Source: Candidatus Methylacidiphilales bacterium (GTDB lineage: Bacteria; Verrucomicrobiota; Verrucomicrobiia; Methylacidiphilales; CAZTYG01). Taken from it: a DNA stretch of 64,000 bases. Shown here in pieces: positions 36,358 through 46,122 of this stretch. A program made the translations under genes and the position numbers. The stretch is from NCBI GenBank assembly GCA_033875315.1, contig JANRJG010000011.1, positions 26,536 to 90,535 on the forward strand, given 5' to 3'. How positions within the stretch are numbered: the first letter of the stretch is position 1; the number at the start of each line of letters is the position of its first letter. The notes beneath the pieces are model-generated. The model worked only from the letters and a program-made list of their open reading frames with translations. It made no database searches and was not told the DNA's origin.

Positions 36358-37032
36358 ATGAAGCGGAGCCGTGGCATCGCCATCATCGACTCCCGCTTGG
36401 ATTTCCCCCCGGTGGAAGAAGCGCGACCCGATGGGCTCCTGGCCGTCGGGGGCGACCTCTCTCCCGAGCGCCTGCTGTTGGCCTACCAAAGCGGAATTTT
36501 CCCCTGGTCATCCGATCCCATCACTTGGTGGTCGCCCAATCCCCGTTCCATCCTGCCGGTCGGTGGCTTGCACGTCTCCCGTTCGCTGGCCCGAACCCTG
36601 CGCAGGCAAATTTGGCAATACACCTTTGACACCGCTTTCGAATCCGTGGTGCGGGCCTGCGCTTCCCCGGCCCCCGGCCGGGAAGAAACCTGGATCGAGG
36701 AAGCCATCATCCGGGCCTACACCGCCCTGCACCACCGGGGACATGCCCACAGCATTGAAGTCTGGCAGGACAGAACGCTTGTCGGCGGCATCTATGGCGT
36801 GGCCTTGGGTGGTTTTTTCGCGGGCGAGTCCATGTTCCACCGTGCCGACGATGCCTCAAAGGCCGCTTTGGTGGTGCTCATGGAACATCTCGAGAAACTG
36901 GGGTTTTCTTTGTTCGATACCCAGGTCGCCAGCCCGCTGACCCGACAGATGGGGGCGGTTGACATCCCACGACCGGAGTACCTCGTCCGTCTCCAACAGG
37001 CCCTGACGGCTAACGTGGCCTTCCGGGCCTGA
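36358..37032 (+). CDS. aat: leucyl/phenylalanyl-tRNA--protein transferase
   Basis: 224 aa with LLLAYQSGIFPWSSDPITWWSPNPR and GGIYGVALGGFFAGESMF. Confidence 0.88.
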   Translation: MKRSRGIAIIDSRLDFPPVEEARPDGLLAVGGDLSPERLLLAYQSGIFPWSSDPITWWSPNPRSILPVGGLHVSRSLARTLRRQIWQYTFDTAFESVVRACASPAPGREETWIEEAIIRAYTALHHRGHAHSIEVWQDRTLVGGIYGVALGGFFAGESMFHRADDASKAALVVLMEHLEKLGFSLFDTQVASPLTRQMGAVDIPRPEYLVRLQQALTANVAFRA

Positions 37033-37172
37033 TCCTAGCCTCCCCGAGCCGTAAGTATGCAGTTGCTCACCGCGAAGAGATTCGGGGTTGGATCACTTCT
37101 TAAGATCTTCAATGCCAAAAGTTTCTGCTTCGTGCTCTTCGCGTCCTTTGCGGTGAACGGCTTTGATCCGGC

Positions 37173-37871
37173 TCAGACGTCATCCTCCCGGCGGATGTCG
37201 TCGACCGACTCGGCCACGCGCCGCATTTCATCCGGAGCCAGACGGCCGGCATCGGCCACCCTGTCCACGGTTTCAGAAATGATTTGATAGGCCGAGCGGG
37301 CGATCAAGCACACGATCAAAACCGCGCAGACGGTGTCCAGCATGGGCCATCCCAACTTGGGCGTGAACAGACCGAGACAGGCCAGCAATGTGGTCAGGAT
37401 GTCCGAGCGGGTATGGGCGGCATCCGCGGCCAGGATCGGACTGTCCAGTTCGGCCGCACGCGAAGACTCGAAGCGCGACAGCCAGAAATTCACCCCCAGG
37501 GTAGACAGGAGAAAGAGAACGCCCCCCCAGGAAAAGTGCGGCATCGGCGAAGGACGGGTCAGACGGGTGAAGGCCGATCCCAGGATTTCCCAGCAACTCA
37601 ACAACAACAATCCGGCCAGCAACAATGTACCCAGCACCTCGAATTTGCGGTGCCCGCAGGGATGCCGCGGATCGGGCGGCAACGCCGCCACGTGGATGGC
37701 AATGAGCCCGACCACGCTTCCGGCCCCGTCCATCACCGAATGCAGACCGTCGGACATCACCCCCAGACTACCCAGGCTCCATCCCAACAGCAGTTTGCCC
37801 GCGGCCAGGACGAGGTTGACCGCCAGCGCGATGAAAAGCACACGCTGGATACGCGGATAGCGGGCCTCCAT
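37173..37871 (-). CDS. cation diffusion facilitator family transporter
   Basis: ATG 37871 (the ORF extends to 38006 without support). Six hydrophobic helices, HSVMDGAGS and HTRSD motifs, and a C-terminal cytoplasmic domain. Confidence 0.8.
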   Translation of the reverse strand: MEARYPRIQRVLFIALAVNLVLAAGKLLLGWSLGSLGVMSDGLHSVMDGAGSVVGLIAIHVAALPPDPRHPCGHRKFEVLGTLLLAGLLLLSCWEILGSAFTRLTRPSPMPHFSWGGVLFLLSTLGVNFWLSRFESSRAAELDSPILAADAAHTRSDILTTLLACLGLFTPKLGWPMLDTVCAVLIVCLIARSAYQIISETVDRVADAGRLAPDEMRRVAESVDDIRREDDV

Positions 37872-37986
37872 GCCCCGATCTTTCCGAGCCCCGGGCTGGC
37901 TGGCAACCTTATTCCAAACCCATCCCTCCCGGCCCCACTCCCATCTCGCCTTGAATCCTGCACAACCCCCTGTGTAGGCTCCCTCC

Positions 37987-39471
37987 GTGGCTTCCGTCAG
38001 CAGCACCCGCGCCCAGGATCTGGTCTACACTTCGAATTACGTCGAAGGCGAGATGACCATCGGCGATGTGAAATCGTGGTTCCAAGCCCAGATCTCCGTG
38101 GTCAGCCTCGGCGTCATCACCAAGAGCGGTGGATTCGGCCTCATCACCCGCAGCCACCTAGGCCAACAACTCATCGGCCAGTCCCAAAAACCCGCATTCC
38201 TCCAGCAGGCGATTTCCGAAATCATGATCACCTCGCCCCTCGTGGTCAACGCCTCCCACGAACTCGACACGGTGGTCATGAGGCTGTTCACCGAAAAATC
38301 ACGCGATGAGGAGTTTTTCCACGACATCCTGGTGCGCGAGGGCAACCGTTTCATCGGCCTGATCTCGGTCCGCGACCTGCTGGTCAGTCACTTTGAGAAC
38401 CTGGCCCACAAACTCACCGCCATGGAGGCCCAGCTCCAGGCGCTGGCCCAAAAAAACAAGGAACTCTTCGCCAACAGCTTCCGCGTCGGCCACCAAGAGG
38501 GTCTTTACAAACAGGCGCTCGAGTCCGTCCCTGTCCCGGTTGCCCTTTTTTCCGAGGAGGGAAAAATCGTCCTCTGCAATCCGCGTTTCCTCGAACTTCT
38601 GGAATACACCCCCAAGACCCTCGAACCCGGCATCCGTTTCAAGCAACTCTTCGACGAACAGTTCAGCACCATCTACGACAAGGCGGTCAAGAATTGGGAG
38701 GACGCCGTGCACGACGACCAGAGCGGAAGCATCCAGTTGACCGCGCGCAACCGCAGCGGGGAAAGCATCCCCGCTGGAGCCTACGTCGAATTGATGCCCG
38801 ACGGGCGCAATCTCAGCATCAGCCTCATCAGCCTGGCCGGGGGAACCATCGCCCTCACAGCCAGCTCGCCAGCAAACATCACCTCCCCCACCACCCCGGG
38901 AGGCAAGCCCATGGGCAAGGTCACGCAGGCCATCCGCATGAAACTGACCAACGAAAACGCCATGGGCCTGGCCCGCACCGTGGCGACCAACCTCATCGAC
39001 CGCGACGAATCCCTCGACCGCCTGATGAAAAAGGTCGATGCCATCATCAAAGTCAGTGAACAGATCGAGGAATCCGACGCCGCCTCCGGCCCTCTTCCCA
39101 CCACTCTGGCCAGCGCACTGCATGCCCCCGCCCCCACGCCCGAACGCCCCCCCTTGCGCGGCAATCTGGCCGACTTCTCGGTCATCGATCTCTGCCAGAT
39201 CCTCGTCCAAGGCACCAAGACCGGCCATCTCCGCCTAGAGGCCCCTTCGACCGAGGTCGCAGGCGATATCTTTTTCTATTGTGGTTCCATCATCCACGCC
39301 ATGACCGATGCCGGCTACCAGGGCCCCGACGCCATCCCCGATCTCTTGCGCGCCCAAAGCGGGAACTTCGAATTCCACTTCGATGTGCCCAGCCCGGTCA
39401 GAACGATTGAAGGGGACGCCATGGGCATCCTCATGGACGCCTGCCGCCTGGCCGACGAACGCCGGCACTGA
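37987..39471 (+). CDS. CBS pair - coiled coil - PAS - DUF4388 (PATAN-like) signalling protein
   Basis: 494-aa ORF (GTG 37987; first ATG 38053). CBS-like [18 protein letters not shown]...[14 protein letters not shown]-like [29 protein letters not shown]-terminal [26 protein letters not shown] typical of DUF4388. Confidence 0.65.
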   Translation: MASVSSTRAQDLVYTSNYVEGEMTIGDVKSWFQAQISVVSLGVITKSGGFGLITRSHLGQQLIGQSQKPAFLQQAISEIMITSPLVVNASHELDTVVMRLFTEKSRDEEFFHDILVREGNRFIGLISVRDLLVSHFENLAHKLTAMEAQLQALAQKNKELFANSFRVGHQEGLYKQALESVPVPVALFSEEGKIVLCNPRFLELLEYTPKTLEPGIRFKQLFDEQFSTIYDKAVKNWEDAVHDDQSGSIQLTARNRSGESIPAGAYVELMPDGRNLSISLISLAGGTIALTASSPANITSPTTPGGKPMGKVTQAIRMKLTNENAMGLARTVATNLIDRDESLDRLMKKVDAIIKVSEQIEESDAASGPLPTTLASALHAPAPTPERPPLRGNLADFSVIDLCQILVQGTKTGHLRLEAPSTEVAGDIFFYCGSIIHAMTDAGYQGPDAIPDLLRAQSGNFEFHFDVPSPVRTIEGDAMGILMDACRLADERRH

Positions 39472-39517
39472 GGCGCATTTTTTTCTCAACACTCATTTCT
39501 ATTCTCCCACTATTCTT

Positions 39518-40033
39518 ATGCCCCCCAAAAACAAACGCCCCGTCGTCGGCCTCATCATGGGCAGCACCTCCGACTGGGATACCATGCAACACGCCGCCTC
39601 CACCCTCGACGATTTCGGCATCCCCTACGAAAAGAAAGTCGTCAGCGCCCACCGCACCCCCGGCCTCCTGTTTGAATATGCCGAGTCCGCACTCGGCCGC
39701 GGCCTCAAGTGCCTCATTGCCGGCGCGGGCGGTGCCGCCCACCTGCCGGGCATGACCGCGTCCCTGACCACCCTCCCGGTCCTCGGGGTGCCCGTGGAAT
39801 CCAAGGCCCTCAAAGGCCTCGATTCACTCCTCTCCATCGCCCAGATGCCGGCAGGCATCCCCGTGGCCACCTTCGCCATCGGCAAGGCCGGCGCCATCAA
39901 CGCCGCCCTCTTCGCCGCCTCCCTCCTCGCCAACGACCACACCCCCACCGCCGGCAAACTCCGCCGCTTCCGCAAATCCCAGACCGCCAAAGTCCTCAAG
40001 GCCAAACTGCCAAACGGACTCCGCCTACCGTAA
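39518..40033 (+). CDS. purE: N5-carboxyaminoimidazole ribonucleotide mutase
   Basis: ATG 39518. Motifs [17 protein letters not shown] and [10 protein letters not shown]. Confidence 0.92.
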   Translation: MPPKNKRPVVGLIMGSTSDWDTMQHAASTLDDFGIPYEKKVVSAHRTPGLLFEYAESALGRGLKCLIAGAGGAAHLPGMTASLTTLPVLGVPVESKALKGLDSLLSIAQMPAGIPVATFAIGKAGAINAALFAASLLANDHTPTAGKLRRFRKSQTAKVLKAKLPNGLRLP

Positions 40034-40069
40034 TCTGTCTTCTGTCATTTGCTGGCATCATCCATTCCC

Positions 40070-41203
40070 ATGATCCTCCCCCCCTCCAACCTTGGCGTCA
40101 TCGGCGGAGGACAACTCGGGCGCATGATCGGCCTCGCCGCCCGGCGCCTCGGATACGGATTCCAGGTCTACGAACCCACCCCGGGTTGCCCCGCCGGTCA
40201 GATCGCCGACCGCCAAAGCAACAGACCGTACACCGATCTGGAGGCCTTGACCGCTTTCGCTTCGGCGGTTGACGTCGTCACCTTCGAGTTCGAGAACATC
40301 CCCGCCGATGTGCTCCAGCACGTCGCCCGCTCCGCGCCCATCTACCCCGACTGGACCGTCCTCCATACCTGCCAGAACCGCGAGCGGGAAAAAAACTTCC
40401 TCAAAATCCGCGGCTACCCCCACGCTCCCTTTGCCGTGGTCGATTCCGCGGAAAGCCTGGCCCGCGCCATCGACACGCTCGGCAAACCCTGCGTGCTCAA
40501 AACCGCCGACTTCGGCTACGATGGCAAAGGCCAGTGCAAAATCACCGCTGACACCCTCCCTGCCTCCGCTTGGGCCGCCCTCGCCGCCCCGCGCGGCGTT
40601 CTTGAGGGCTGGATCGACTACGCGTGCGAACTCTCCGTCGTCTGCGCCCGCACCCGGAACGGCGAGGTCCGCACCTTTCCCGTTTCAGAAAACATCCACT
40701 CCCACCACATCCTTGACCTCTCCATTGTGCCCGCCCGCATCGATCCCCGCATCGAGAAGGAAGCCCTGCAAATCGCCTCTTCCATCGCGGATGACCTGAA
40801 GGTCGTCGGCCTCCTGGCGGTCGAACTCTTCCTCCAGCGCGATGGGAAACTCCTCGTCAATGAAATGGCCCCCCGCCCCCACAACTCGGGCCATTACACC
40901 CTCGACGCCTGCGCCACCAGCCAGTTCGAACAGCAGATCCGCGCCGTTTGCGGACTGCCTCTGGGTTCGACAGAATTGTTAAGTCCCGTCGTCATGGCCA
41001 ACCTGTTGGGTGATCTCTGGTCCGGCGGCACTCCGGCCTGGGACGCCATCCTGGCCCACCCCACGGCCAAACTCCACTTGTACGGCAAAGCCGAGGCGCG
41101 CCCCGGACGCAAGATGGGCCACTTCTGCGTCCTGGGGAACACCGCGGAATCCGCCCTGGCGGAAGCGCGCGTCATCCAACGGGAACTGGCTGCCCATTCC
41201 TAA
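40070..41203 (+). CDS. purK: N5-carboxyaminoimidazole ribonucleotide synthase
   Basis: ATG 40070. GVIGGGQLGRM, ATP-grasp fold. Follows purE. Confidence 0.9.
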   Translation: MILPPSNLGVIGGGQLGRMIGLAARRLGYGFQVYEPTPGCPAGQIADRQSNRPYTDLEALTAFASAVDVVTFEFENIPADVLQHVARSAPIYPDWTVLHTCQNREREKNFLKIRGYPHAPFAVVDSAESLARAIDTLGKPCVLKTADFGYDGKGQCKITADTLPASAWAALAAPRGVLEGWIDYACELSVVCARTRNGEVRTFPVSENIHSHHILDLSIVPARIDPRIEKEALQIASSIADDLKVVGLLAVELFLQRDGKLLVNEMAPRPHNSGHYTLDACATSQFEQQIRAVCGLPLGSTELLSPVVMANLLGDLWSGGTPAWDAILAHPTAKLHLYGKAEARPGRKMGHFCVLGNTAESALAEARVIQRELAAHS

Positions 41204-42219
41204 CTTTCCCGCACCGCCCGCAGCATTTCCCCATCCAACCAGACCGGATCGATGAACCGGGGATAAACGGCCAACCGCTCCCTTAATTCCCTCCCCGCCG
41301 CTTCCGCCGCATGGCGGTAGGCTTCCGCCGCCCTCCACGGACTCTGCGGGTTCACCTCGTCCCGCTCCGTTGATATCCCCCCGAAGTCATCGGCCCAGGG
41401 GATCAACTCTCTCCAGCAAGGATTCAGGTTCGGTGGGATTTGCACCGGCACATCGGGACAAAGTCCGCGCCAGACTTCGATCAGACGGATGTATTCATCC
41501 AAGCCCAACGGCACTTTCGCCAGGCGTGCGGCGGAGCCGTTGTTGGGGACGTAATTCTGGATGAGGATTTCCTGCAAATGACCGTATTTCCGGTGCAGGG
41601 CGGCCAGCGCCTCCAATGAGCGCACCCGGCTGTCCGGGCCCTCCCCGAGTCCGATGAGGATGCCACTGGTGAAGGGAATGCGGCAGCGACCCGCTGCGGC
41701 CAGGGTGGCCAGCCGGCCTGCGGCCTTTTTTTCCGGAGCCACTTCCGGCAGGTCCTCGACATTCTCCAACATCACCCCCATGGAGACATGCACCGGTCGC
41801 AGCCGCCGGAGCACCGGTTCTGGGATGGCCCCGTAATTCCCATGCGGCAGCAGGCCGGCCTCGAGGACACGGCGGGCCACATGGATGGCAAAATCCCAGA
41901 AGTCCCCGAATCCGCGCGCCGCCAGTTCCTTCCGGATGTGCGGCATCGTCCCCGGATGTTCCCCGCTGATCAGCAGGGCCTCTTTCGCTCCCTGCGCCAT
42001 TGCCACCGCAATCAGACGGTCGACTTCTTCCTCTGAAATCAACCCTTCCCGGTCCGTACGAAAGCCGCAGTAGGCACAATGCCACGGGCAGTCATGGGTC
42101 AGCGTGAAGGTGACCGACGAGGACCAAGTCAGTGGGCGCTTATGGTGGGCATCGGAAGCCATGGTGCGGAAAGCCTTTCCAAAGTGGCCCGGGACGGCTA
42201 TCCCGTCAAACCATGGCAT
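41200..42219 (-). CDS. cofG: radical SAM enzyme, FO synthase subunit CofG-like
   Basis: 339 aa. CPWHCAYCGFR (CxxxCxxC), LLPHGNYG, IPFTSGILIGLGE, YGHLQEILIQNYVP, VQIPPNL and DDFGGIS...VNPQSPW align by eye with archaeal CofG. Alternative ATG at 42162. Confidence 0.75.
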   Translation of the reverse strand: MPWFDGIAVPGHFGKAFRTMASDAHHKRPLTWSSSVTFTLTHDCPWHCAYCGFRTDREGLISEEEVDRLIAVAMAQGAKEALLISGEHPGTMPHIRKELAARGFGDFWDFAIHVARRVLEAGLLPHGNYGAIPEPVLRRLRPVHVSMGVMLENVEDLPEVAPEKKAAGRLATLAAAGRCRIPFTSGILIGLGEGPDSRVRSLEALAALHRKYGHLQEILIQNYVPNNGSAARLAKVPLGLDEYIRLIEVWRGLCPDVPVQIPPNLNPCWRELIPWADDFGGISTERDEVNPQSPWRAAEAYRHAAEAAGRELRERLAVYPRFIDPVWLDGEMLRAVRES

Positions 42220-42851
42220 TGCACGAAGCCAGACCCTTCCTCATCGTCACCGGACTCATCACAGTGCTGGCCGCTTGGATCAGCCTGCCTTTCGCCCTCC
42301 TGCCAGGGCTGGCTTTCGCCTACATTCTCTACTTCTTCCGCGACCCCGAACGCCCCATCCCCCCCGACCCTCTGGACATTGTCAGCCCCGCCGACGGCCG
42401 GGTCATTTCGGTCGAAATTCTGGAAGAGACCGCCTTCCAACACGGCCCGATGCGACGTATCGCCGTCTTCCTCTCGGTCTTCGACGTCCATGTCAACCGC
42501 ATGCCTGTGGCCGGCCGCATCATCAAATCCCACCACCATGCCGGAGAATTCCTCGACGCCCGCAATCCGGAGATCGACGTCCGCAATGAAGCCCAGAACT
42601 GGCTCATCGAAACCGATCGCGGCCCGGTGGTCGTCCGCCAGATCGCCGGGCTCATCGCCCGCCGCATCGTCGCCTGGGCCCGCGAGGGCGATAGCCTGGA
42701 TAAGGGCCAGCGCTTCGGCATGATCCGCTTCGGCTCCCGCACCGATGTCTATCTGCCAGTGGATTGCGAGGTGGCGGTCAAGGCCGGCGACCGCGTCCAG
42801 GGCGGTTCCTCGGTCATCGCCCGTTGGCCCGCCGCCCCGCAAAAGTCCTGA
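42213..42851 (+). CDS. psd: phosphatidylserine decarboxylase proenzyme (short Asd type)
   Basis: ATG 42213. Two N-terminal TM helices. SPADGRV and the FGSRTD self-cleavage motif. Confidence 0.85.
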   Translation: MALHEARPFLIVTGLITVLAAWISLPFALLPGLAFAYILYFFRDPERPIPPDPLDIVSPADGRVISVEILEETAFQHGPMRRIAVFLSVFDVHVNRMPVAGRIIKSHHHAGEFLDARNPEIDVRNEAQNWLIETDRGPVVVRQIAGLIARRIVAWAREGDSLDKGQRFGMIRFGSRTDVYLPVDCEVAVKAGDRVQGGSSVIARWPAAPQKS

Positions 42852-42855
42852 CACC

Positions 42856-43701
42856 ATGAACGAATCCAACAAGAAGAAGGTTTACGTCTACCTCCTGCCC
42901 AACCTCATGACGGCGGGCAACCTGTTCTTCGGCTTCATGGCCATTCTCAACATCTTTGAAGGCACCATCATCCGCCGGGCCGGCGACACGGGTTGGGAAC
43001 ACTATTACGAGATGAGTCTCTACTGCATCCTCGGCGCTTTCATCTGCGACATGCTCGACGGCCGCCTGGCCCGGCTGGGCGGCCAGGAAAGCCCCTTCGG
43101 GCGGGAATTCGACTCCCTGGCCGATGTCGTTTCCTTCGGGGTGGCGCCCGCTCTTCTTCTCTTCAAGATCGTCCTGTACGAATTGCCCAATCGTGTGGGC
43201 TGGTTCATCGCCTTCATTTATCTGGCCTGCGGGGCTCTGCGCCTGGCCCGTTTCAATGTCCTGGCCGCCGATCCGGAAAACAAATCACTCAAGGAATTCA
43301 AGGGCTTCCCCATCCCCGCCGCCGCCGGCCTCATCGCTTCGATCACGCTCCTTCTCCTCCACATTTACGAGAAAGTGGACCAGATCGGGAATTGGAAATA
43401 CCTGCTGGCCGTGCTGATGATCTTTCTCAGCTTCATGATGTTCAGCGGGGTCTCCTACCCCAGCTTCAAGGCCCTCGATTGGAAGACCCGCCGGCCCTTC
43501 CGCCAGGTCGTTCTCCTCATTCTCCTGCTCGGGGTCGCCCTGCTCAATTACACCTACAGCCTGGCCCTTTTCTTCACCGGCTACCTTCTCTACGGCTTCC
43601 TCCGTCCCTACCTCTCGCGCAAATGGCGCCCGGGGCCGGACATCGAGGAATCAAGCGACGACGACGAATCGGCCCCCCCGTCCACCGCGCCGGCCCCCTG
43701 A
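42856..43701 (+). CDS. pssA: CDP-diacylglycerol--serine O-phosphatidyltransferase
   Basis: ATG 42856. CDP-alcohol phosphatidyltransferase motif DMLDGRLARLGGQESPFGREFDSLAD. Confidence 0.85.
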   Translation: MNESNKKKVYVYLLPNLMTAGNLFFGFMAILNIFEGTIIRRAGDTGWEHYYEMSLYCILGAFICDMLDGRLARLGGQESPFGREFDSLADVVSFGVAPALLLFKIVLYELPNRVGWFIAFIYLACGALRLARFNVLAADPENKSLKEFKGFPIPAAAGLIASITLLLLHIYEKVDQIGNWKYLLAVLMIFLSFMMFSGVSYPSFKALDWKTRRPFRQVVLLILLLGVALLNYTYSLALFFTGYLLYGFLRPYLSRKWRPGPDIEESSDDDESAPPSTAPAP

Positions 43702-43776
43702 TCCTGGAATCCGGGCCCGTTCTTGCCCACCGGCTCCTTCCATTTCCCGTCGACGGCCCGCAAGGCTGTGCTAATC

Positions 43777-44190
43777 ATGAAGGCCATGCCAGAAATCGCC
43801 CAGTTTGTCGCCCACGGTGGCCATCGCATCACCCCGCAGATCGTGGAGGGGCTCCTGCACCAACTCCCGTTGCTCAAGGCCGAATTCACCCAGATCAAAG
43901 CACCCCAATTCCCCCACCTCGTGGACCAATTGGCCTTCCTCGCCGACTTGGTCGAGGACTTTGCCGAGGGGGCCGATAAAAACATCCCCTACGTGGCAGC
44001 CTCCGAGGCCACCTTCGCCCTCATCTACGCCCACGGTGCCGTGGGCCTGATTCCCGACGTTCTGGGCGAGATCGGCCGGGCGGACGATTCCAGCGTGGTC
44101 CGGGCGGTGCTGATCCGCCATGAGGCCATCCTGCAACGCTACGCCGACAGGCGGGGGCTGGACTGGAAGCACATCACCAGCAATCCCTGA
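43777..44190 (+). CDS. DUF1232 (YkvA-like) domain protein
   Basis: ATG 43777. NIPYVAASEATFALIYAHGAVGLIPDVLGEIGRADDSSVV matches the DUF1232 pattern. Confidence 0.6.
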   Translation: MKAMPEIAQFVAHGGHRITPQIVEGLLHQLPLLKAEFTQIKAPQFPHLVDQLAFLADLVEDFAEGADKNIPYVAASEATFALIYAHGAVGLIPDVLGEIGRADDSSVVRAVLIRHEAILQRYADRRGLDWKHITSNP

Positions 44191-44215
44191 GCCCCCAACG
44201 CCTCGCGCCCGCCTG

Positions 44216-44881
44216 ATGGAAACACCCGCCTGGATCGAAGCCCTCGAACGCCGTCTCGGTGGCTGGTCGGTCCCCCACCTTGTCCGCGGACTGGTTGTTC
44301 TCAATGCCCTCGCCTTCCTGCTGGAAATGAGCAGCCCGGGCTTCACCAATGTCCTGCTCCTCGACCGCAGCGGCCTGCTGCAAGGGGAGTGGTGGCGTGC
44401 GCTCACTTTTCTCTTCGCCGCCGGCGGCACCAAAGAAAGCCTCGGTATTCTCTTCTTCGGTCTGTGGATGATGGTCACCTGGATGTTTGGCGAGGGCCTG
44501 GAATCGGCCTGGGGATCGTTCAAACTCACCCTTTATCTGGCCATCCCCGTTGTCCTGCTGGTGGCCGTGGTCTGGTTCCTGCCCCCGGGCTACGCTTCCC
44601 ACACCATCCTCCTGACCAGCCTCTTTCTCGCCTTCGCCACCCTCTACCCCGACCTCGAGTTGATGCTCTTTTTCATCCTTCCGGTGAAATGCAAGTGGCT
44701 GGCCTGGGTTTCCGCGGCCTTCATTCTTCTGGAATTCCTCGGCTCGCCCGCCTCGCGCCCGATGATCCTGGCCAGCCTTTCGAGCTACTTCCTCTTCTTT
44801 TTCCCCGGCTGGTGGGGCAACCTCCGCCTCCAGTGGGAGGCCCGCAGTCGGAGGGAACGTTTCCGGGGGGATGATGAATGA
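44216..44881 (+). CDS. rhomboid-like polytopic membrane protein, catalytic motifs not evident
   Basis: ATG 44216, six hydrophobic segments. GEWWRALTFLF resembles the rhomboid TM2 WR motif, but I find no GxSG or HxxxN. Confidence 0.5.
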   Translation: METPAWIEALERRLGGWSVPHLVRGLVVLNALAFLLEMSSPGFTNVLLLDRSGLLQGEWWRALTFLFAAGGTKESLGILFFGLWMMVTWMFGEGLESAWGSFKLTLYLAIPVVLLVAVVWFLPPGYASHTILLTSLFLAFATLYPDLELMLFFILPVKCKWLAWVSAAFILLEFLGSPASRPMILASLSSYFLFFFPGWWGNLRLQWEARSRRERFRGDDE

Positions 44882-45662
44882 ACCGCGCTTGAGTCCGCCC
44901 TGGCGGATGTTGTGGGGCTGCCTGGCCCTCACCCTCACCCTCACTCTCAGCCCGGCCGTTGTCCCGGACGCCCGCTCCGCCTCTTTTTCCCTGCCTTCCA
45001 CCACCCGCCAACTCATCACCGCCCGGGCCTCCACCTGGGACGACAGTTCGGCCACCCTCCAGTGTTGGGAAAAATCCCCGCAGGGCTGGAAATCGGTCGG
45101 CCAACCCGTTCCGGTACGCCTCGGCAAAAGCGGCCTGGCCTGGGGCCGCGGGCTCCATCCCGAAGGCCTGCCCGGGCCGTTGAAAAAAGAAAACGACGGA
45201 CGCGCTCCCGCCGGGGTCTTCGCCCTCGGCGGGGCCTACGGATATGCCGCGGAAATCCAACGGCGACCGGCCCTTTCCTATCAAGTGGTTACTGCTTCCG
45301 ACCTCTGGGTCGAGGACACCGCTTCACCCGATTACAACCGCCACCTCCGGCTCCCCGGCGGGCGCGGCCCGGCCAACGATTGGGAAAAGCAGCAGCAAAT
45401 GAAACAGGACGACCCGGCCCACAGCCTCAAACTCTTCATCGCCCACAACGCGGGCAACCAGACCCTCGCCGGGGCGGGCAGTGCGATCTTCTTCCATATC
45501 TGGCGTGACGGTGGCGCCAAGGCCAGCACCGGTTGCACCGTCATGGCCGGCGACCGCCTGAGGGAAATCATCGCCTGGGTCGATCCCGCCGCCGCGCCTC
45601 TCTACGTCCTGCTGCCCGAGGCGGTTTACCAGGAACGGAAGACGGCGTGGCAGCTTCCCTGA
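44871..45662 (+). CDS. L,D-transpeptidase-family (YkuD-like) secreted protein
   Basis: 263 aa with a signal peptide. FFHIWRDGGAKASTGCTVM resembles the H...S.GC.RM catalytic motif. Overlaps the upstream gene by 11 nt. Confidence 0.65.
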   Translation: MMNEPRLSPPWRMLWGCLALTLTLTLSPAVVPDARSASFSLPSTTRQLITARASTWDDSSATLQCWEKSPQGWKSVGQPVPVRLGKSGLAWGRGLHPEGLPGPLKKENDGRAPAGVFALGGAYGYAAEIQRRPALSYQVVTASDLWVEDTASPDYNRHLRLPGGRGPANDWEKQQQMKQDDPAHSLKLFIAHNAGNQTLAGAGSAIFFHIWRDGGAKASTGCTVMAGDRLREIIAWVDPAAAPLYVLLPEAVYQERKTAWQLP

Positions 45663-45674
45663 AGCCGCCCCGCC

Positions 45675-46103
45675 TCAAACTTGCAGGCAATTCTGCGCAA
45701 ATCCGTGGATCCGCTTGCCCAGTTGGGACAGGCCGTTGGAACGGTTGGGGGAAAGGTGCTGGGTGATGCCCGCTTCTTCCATGAAGGACACCGGCAAGTC
45801 GACGATCTCCCGCGGCGGCGACCCACTGTAAACCTGGCACATGATCGACGCCACGCCCTTGGTGATGAAGGCATCGGAATCGCAGCGGAAAAAACAGATC
45901 CCGTCCTTGAATTCCGGCACCAACCAGAGCATCGACTGACATCCCTCGATGCGGAACTCTTCGCGCTTCAACTCCTCGGGCAGACCCTCGCCCTTCTTAC
46001 CCCGGCTGATGATCTGGAGGAAGCGCTCCTGCGCATCCGGCAGCAGGTTCATGGACTCAATCAATTCTTGGGCGCGTTCGCGGGCGGTCATCGGGAGAAA
46101 CAT
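45675..46103 (-). CDS. sufE: cysteine desulfuration protein SufE
   Basis: 142 aa with IEGCQSMLWL and the SufE-type C-terminal half. Confidence 0.85.
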   Translation of the reverse strand: MFLPMTARERAQELIESMNLLPDAQERFLQIISRGKKGEGLPEELKREEFRIEGCQSMLWLVPEFKDGICFFRCDSDAFITKGVASIMCQVYSGSPPREIVDLPVSFMEEAGITQHLSPNRSNGLSQLGKRIHGFAQNCLQV

Positions 46104-46122
46104 AGGCCACGATCGGCGGCTT

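Noticed and set aside
37033-37172. A 140-nt lower-GC spacer between the convergent aat and CDF transporter genes, considered as a possible sRNA or terminator.
   Set aside because: I could not draw a convincing hairpin or identify any known RNA motif, so it is left unannotated. A covariance-model scan would be needed.
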